A stretch of 64,000 bases of DNA from Pyrodictiaceae archaeon (lineage in GTDB: Archaea; Thermoproteota; Thermoprotei_A; Sulfolobales; Pyrodictiaceae), in NCBI GenBank assembly GCA_027036135.1, contig JALVSY010000007.1, positions 100,880 to 164,879 of the forward strand, given 5' to 3'. Numbering within the stretch: the stretch's first letter is position 1; the number at the start of each line of letters is the position of its first letter. The translations under genes and the position numbers were made by a program. The notes beneath the pieces were generated by a model. That model saw nothing but the letters and a program-made list of their open reading frames with translations, did not search any database and was not told the origin of the DNA. Of this stretch, positions 60,106-64,000 are shown piece after piece.

Positions 60106-60312
60106 CTATATCTGTCTTGCTGGCTCCGTCTTAGCTCGTACCCGTAGTAGCTCCCTAAGGCGCTTTAGGGCCTCCTCAGCCTCTATTTCGCCCTTGAAGC
60201 ATTTCTCCATAATCTTATCAGCTTCCTCTGGATTAGTATCACGAGCCCTTAGATAGGCTCTTGTTAGCTCAAAGCTATGCCTTTTAAGCTCTAAGACCTC
60301 TCTTCTGGCCAA
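60106..60312 (-). CDS. Small helical protein, putative antitoxin (paralog of 51697-51912)
   Basis: RAYL...GEIEAEEALKRLREL. Confidence 0.65.
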   Translation of the reverse strand: MARREVLELKRHSFELTRAYLRARDTNPEEADKIMEKCFKGEIEAEEALKRLRELLRVRAKTEPARQI

Positions 60313-60780
60313 TGTCCTTCCCGTGTACGGTGATTTATGCAGGGGACTCCTAGTTTAACTGCTCGCTTACATACTCTCTTATCGCTTGTAACAAAGATTG
60401 CGCCAATGCTCTTGGCAGCTAGTATGTGGGCAGTATCATGAATAGTGTTCATTGAGGGATTCTTGGCCCCGAGTTCTCTAAGTATGTTCTCGGCCTGCTT
60501 CAATATACTTGGCCTAACCTATATAATGTCTATACCGTACTCGGCTGCTAATTAATCTACGAGCTACAGAGCCTCTATGAGCTGCCCGGTACTCATATAC
60601 AAGTAGTACCGAGGAGCAAAGCTCTCCCCTATGCTCCCTAACAAATCTAAGGGCTTCTAGCCTCTCTTTCTCTAGGTCGACAAAGAAGCTGGTGTCAAGG
60701 TAGGATTTGCAACGCTTAGCCTCGTCTCTCTCCCTTAATCCCTCTTTATCCCCGTCAACGAAGAAGCTATGGCATAGCAT
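60291..60780 (-). pseudogene. PIN toxin (paralog of 51891-52357) with a 4-nt duplication and an in-frame TAG
   Basis: YLDTSFFVDL...LCSS; duplication in TAATTAAT at 60549-60556; TAG at 60519-60521; NTIHDT...FVTSD. Confidence 0.78.
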
Positions 60781-60944
60781 TTAAGCAGTATAATCTAGGT
60801 AGTTAAGATCACCGCGCAAGCCAGAGAAAGCCCGGATTAAGCCAAGGCAATAACAATACTAACCAATCCTTAGGCATAATTTAGCCTAGATCCCTAGCCC
60901 TATACTCGGTAGCAAACCCGCCTAGTATCTATAGGGGACATGCC

Positions 60945-62213
60945 ATGAATAGATTGTTCTTGGCTGGGCTCGTCATTGACTTGATTACCGGCATCCTTAT
61001 TACCTATACTGTTGTGGGTGAGCACGCTTCCTCGCAGACCCCGGGCCCGACTAGCGGAGTCGTTACTGTCACGGTTACCTCTACCTATACGAGCATCTAT
61101 ACAAGTACCTATACCGAGACACTTAGGCCCAATACAACGAGCACGACTAGTACTCCTCACCGCATCATAATGGGGACCGTGACCGCTATAATATATCCCA
61201 ACGGCACGGTTATCTATGTGTACGGCCGGGGTGGGGCCGCGTACAACCCGACCATCAGCCCCACGGCAACCAAGACGTCTCTTGAGTGCGAGGAGCTGAG
61301 GCAGAGCTATGAGGAGCAAATAAGGCAGCTAAAGGAGAAGTATGAGGGCGAGAAACTAGCCCTCCAGGCCCATCTCGAGAATCTCAGGGAGAGGCTCCTG
61401 GCCAGGATAAGGCTGCTCAACGATACCGTGGCGGGGCTAGAGAAGACAATAAGCATGCTGGACCAGTGGTACGGGGTCTACACCAGCGACGAGGAAAAGA
61501 CAGGGTTCATACAGGGGCTACTAGTCTTGGCGAGGAACAGTCCTGCAGCAAAGAACCTGGCATCACAACTAGCCACAGAGACCAGGGAGCCCGGGGATAC
61601 TCTCATCGCTTTGTTCTCCTGGATAATGCTCCACCTAGCTTACTACCCCGACCCAGTCATGAACGTCTCCTTGCCAGGCGGAGCTGTTATCGCTACTCAG
61701 CAGTACTGGAGCCTGCCAAGCGAGGTACTCGAGCTACGGGGAGGGGATTGCGAGGACCTCGCGCTACTAGCCTATGCCGTTATTGCCAACATGTTGCCCG
61801 GTGCAGAGACATACCTAGTAGTACTTGGTAATGGGAGCAGCAAGGGCCACGTAGCAGTACTGGTGAGAACCGGGCAAGGCTGCTACATAGTGGACCCCGC
61901 CGGGGACTACTTGGATGGGCGGCAAGCAGCCCTCAGCATAGGCAGCAGCCTAGTAAACCCCCTGAGCCTAGAACCCGATGCAAAGAACACCCTGATAAGC
62001 AGCGGGGAGGCCAAGCTAGTCTACACAACACCACTAGAAACCACGACGAGGCCGAGCATAGAGCCAGCCAAGGATCCATCAGAGCTGTTAAGGGAGTGGC
62101 TAACAATCCTAGGACTAGACCCGAATACAACGAGAATAGAGCTCTACACACCCACATGGAGCCTCAAAGCCACAGGTGTAGAAGCAGTGGTTGAGGCACT
62201 CAGCACTAAGTGA
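60945..62213 (+). CDS. Membrane-anchored transglutaminase-like protein with Thr-rich and coiled-coil stalk
   Basis: GDCEDLA, GHVAVL, IVDPAG. Confidence 0.85.
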   Translation: MNRLFLAGLVIDLITGILITYTVVGEHASSQTPGPTSGVVTVTVTSTYTSIYTSTYTETLRPNTTSTTSTPHRIIMGTVTAIIYPNGTVIYVYGRGGAAYNPTISPTATKTSLECEELRQSYEEQIRQLKEKYEGEKLALQAHLENLRERLLARIRLLNDTVAGLEKTISMLDQWYGVYTSDEEKTGFIQGLLVLARNSPAAKNLASQLATETREPGDTLIALFSWIMLHLAYYPDPVMNVSLPGGAVIATQQYWSLPSEVLELRGGDCEDLALLAYAVIANMLPGAETYLVVLGNGSSKGHVAVLVRTGQGCYIVDPAGDYLDGRQAALSIGSSLVNPLSLEPDAKNTLISSGEAKLVYTTPLETTTRPSIEPAKDPSELLREWLTILGLDPNTTRIELYTPTWSLKATGVEAVVEALSTK

Positions 62214-62351
62214 TTCCATGCCTTGCTTCCTTCCAGTTATTCTATTAATTGCCTCTATTCCTCGTGGTAGCAACGTATTTATCTCGTTGCTGTAGCGAGA
62301 TTCTATCACCTTGGGTTAGTACACCTTTTAACATATATAGGTGCACATGGA

Positions 62352-64000
62352 TTGGATACAGAAGACAAACAAGTCAGAGTACTCGTCGTGTCAACGAGAA
62401 CTAGTCTTGCCCCTCTCCTAGAAGCCGCGAGGAGAATCAATGAGGCCCGAGCGGCCAGTATTAGTGTGATTATTTATTATCAGCACGAGCTTGATAGAGA
62501 CCCTGGCCTCCTAGAGGAGCTCTGTAGTGACGCTGTAGAAGCAGACATTGTCCTTATTGACTGGAGGTCTGGGATGAGCAGGGCCCTGGAGCGGCTATCT
62601 GAGTGCCTCTCGAGGAGCAGGGCCCGTCTAGTGATCCCGCTCGTGGCTGGTGATCCGCGTGTACTGAGGCTTGCAAGGATAGGTATCCTTAGGGGCTTTG
62701 AGCCCCGAATGGGGAGCAGCGATCGCATAGACTTGTCTAGGGTGTGGAGGTTTTTCAGCTGGCTAGAGAGGAGCAAGCTGGCTAAGGCTGCTCCGGGGCT
62801 ACGTGATGCGAGGCTATGGGCTCTTGCAGTGAGGTACTGGAGTGAGGGGGACTCTTGGAACATTGAGCAGATGCTGAGAATGCTTCTCTCCAAGCTAGGC
62901 CATGGGCTCAGCTACGAGCCGCCGCGCCGCATAGTAGAGCCTGGTAAGGTTTACTTGCCCGGCAAGGGTGTGCTGGGGCTCCGTGAGGCACAGAGACTCA
63001 TAAAGGAGCCTAGGGTCGCGATTCTACTATATGCTGGTATGCACTTTGACCAGACACGAGTCGTCGCAGAGGCCCTAGCAGACGCGCTTGGGAGAAGAGG
63101 TATAGGCGCGTACATGGTTATTGGGGGTGGAAGCGAGGACTTAGTCGGCCAAACCAGGCTCATAGAGAAGGCACTGAGCGGGGCGAGGATAGAGGCACTG
63201 ATTAATCTCCAGTGGTTCCGCATAGAGGGAGGCCCCTATGGCGGTGACTACGAGGAGGCCATTAACCTCCTCAAGAGATTTGATGTACCTCTCATAGACG
63301 GGCTCATCATGTATATGAGCGAGGTAGAGGAGTGGCGGAGGAGAAGCCAGGGCTTATCACCGATAGAGGTCTTGGCTGGCGTCGCGCTACCCGAGGCTGA
63401 TGGCGCTATTGAGCCGATACCCCTCGCAGGCCTCGATGAAACCAGGGCAAAGAACATGGTGGTTCTCCGCGACCGTGTCGAGAGGAGAGCTGAGCGCATA
63501 TCCTCTTGGGTTAGGCTCCGGGGCAAGAAGAACAGCGAGAAACGAGTAGCAATCATAATCTACAATTACCCGCCGGGCAGAGACAACCTGGGATCAGCTG
63601 CCTATCTCGACGTGTTCCGGAGCATTGAGAGACTCCTAGCCGCGCTAGGCTCCGAGGGGTATAAGGTGGAGCAGCTCTCAGCCACTGAGCTGAAGAGGCT
63701 CTTTGTTGAGGAGGGCCTCTTTAATGCGGGTAAGGAGCCGCCGAGGAGCTGTGGGATACGCGTAGGCGCAGCGACTTACAGGAAGTGGTTTAGTGAGCTG
63801 CCACGATGCCTCCGTGACCGCGTTGTGGCGGTGTGGGGCTCTCCCCCTGGCGAGCTAATGGTTGACGAGAACGGGTTATGTATACCCGGCATAGTTGTCG
63901 GTAATGTCTTCATCGGTGTGCAGCCGTCAAGGGGGGTGCATGAGGATCAAGAGAAACTGTACCATGACAAGGATCTCCCACCGCATCACCAGTACGTGAC
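62352..64000 (+). CDS. cobN: CobN/magnesium chelatase H family subunit (5' part; runs off the window end)
   Basis: Not in the ORF track; open frame from TTG 62352 with LPEADGAIEP, KRVAIIIYNYPPG, AAYLDV, GNVFIGVQPSRG, LYHDKD. Confidence 0.92.
   Translation, partial: MDTEDKQVRVLVVSTRTSLAPLLEAARRINEARAASISVIIYYQHELDRDPGLLEELCSDAVEADIVLIDWRSGMSRALERLSECLSRSRARLVIPLVAGDPRVLRLARIGILRGFEPRMGSSDRIDLSRVWRFFSWLERSKLAKAAPGLRDARLWALAVRYWSEGDSWNIEQMLRMLLSKLGHGLSYEPPRRIVEPGKVYLPGKGVLGLREAQRLIKEPRVAILLYAGMHFDQTRVVAEALADALGRRGIGAYMVIGGGSEDLVGQTRLIEKALSGARIEALINLQWFRIEGGPYGGDYEEAINLLKRFDVPLIDGLIMYMSEVEEWRRRSQGLSPIEVLAGVALPEADGAIEPIPLAGLDETRAKNMVVLRDRVERRAERISSWVRLRGKKNSEKRVAIIIYNYPPGRDNLGSAAYLDVFRSIERLLAALGSEGYKVEQLSATELKRLFVEEGLFNAGKEPPRSCGIRVGAATYRKWFSELPRCLRDRVVAVWGSPPGELMVDENGLCIPGIVVGNVFIGVQPSRGVHEDQEKLYHDKDLPPHHQYV

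Noticed and set aside
23977-60521. Pyrrolysine or stop-codon reassignment explaining the in-frame TAGs
   Set aside because: TAG is the normal stop of many intact genes here, no pyl genes are in the window, and one affected gene has a second lesion
62480-63556. Three minus-strand ORFs from the track
   Set aside because: Shadows of the plus-strand cobN frame
1-64000. CRISPR array, IS transposase or integrase
   Set aside because: No regularly spaced 24-40 nt repeats and no DDE, HUH or tyrosine-recombinase motifs found by eye

Overview
Archaeal DNA, most likely from a hyperthermophilic crenarchaeote (Desulfurococcales, Pyrodictiaceae-like; inferred from gene content, frequent TTG/GTG starts and GGTGA-type RBS). 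Intact metabolic genes include a four-subunit 2-oxoacid:ferredoxin oxidoreductase, iorAB, M20 and M42 peptidases, a MetF-like protein, a non-catalytic split-MetE half, a MinD-4Fe4S/NifX operon, a family-5 ABC importer, a BtuF-like protein and the 5' part of cobN. They are interspersed with many accessory genes: about 11 VapBC-type toxin-antitoxin loci, most with broken toxins, an MNT-HEPN pair, PaREP1, four archaeal ATPases, Thr-rich surface proteins, two transglutaminase-like proteins and two class III signal-peptide (pilin-like) genes. Highlights: (1) an unannotated ~118-nt minus-strand hairpin RNA closed by a canonical bulge-helix-bulge motif and containing box C/D-like elements (47398-47533); (2) a co-located membrane Ser/Thr kinase, PPP phosphatase, vWA protein and ZnR-FHA protein, with six T-[KR]-R-[LI] motifs in the vWA tail; (3) two copies of a toxin-first PIN plus novel small partner; (4) a decayed tRNA-Arg(UCG) 3' fragment that may be an integration scar. 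No CRISPR array, rRNA, intact tRNA or transposase was seen. All calls come from reading motifs by eye; no database searches were run.
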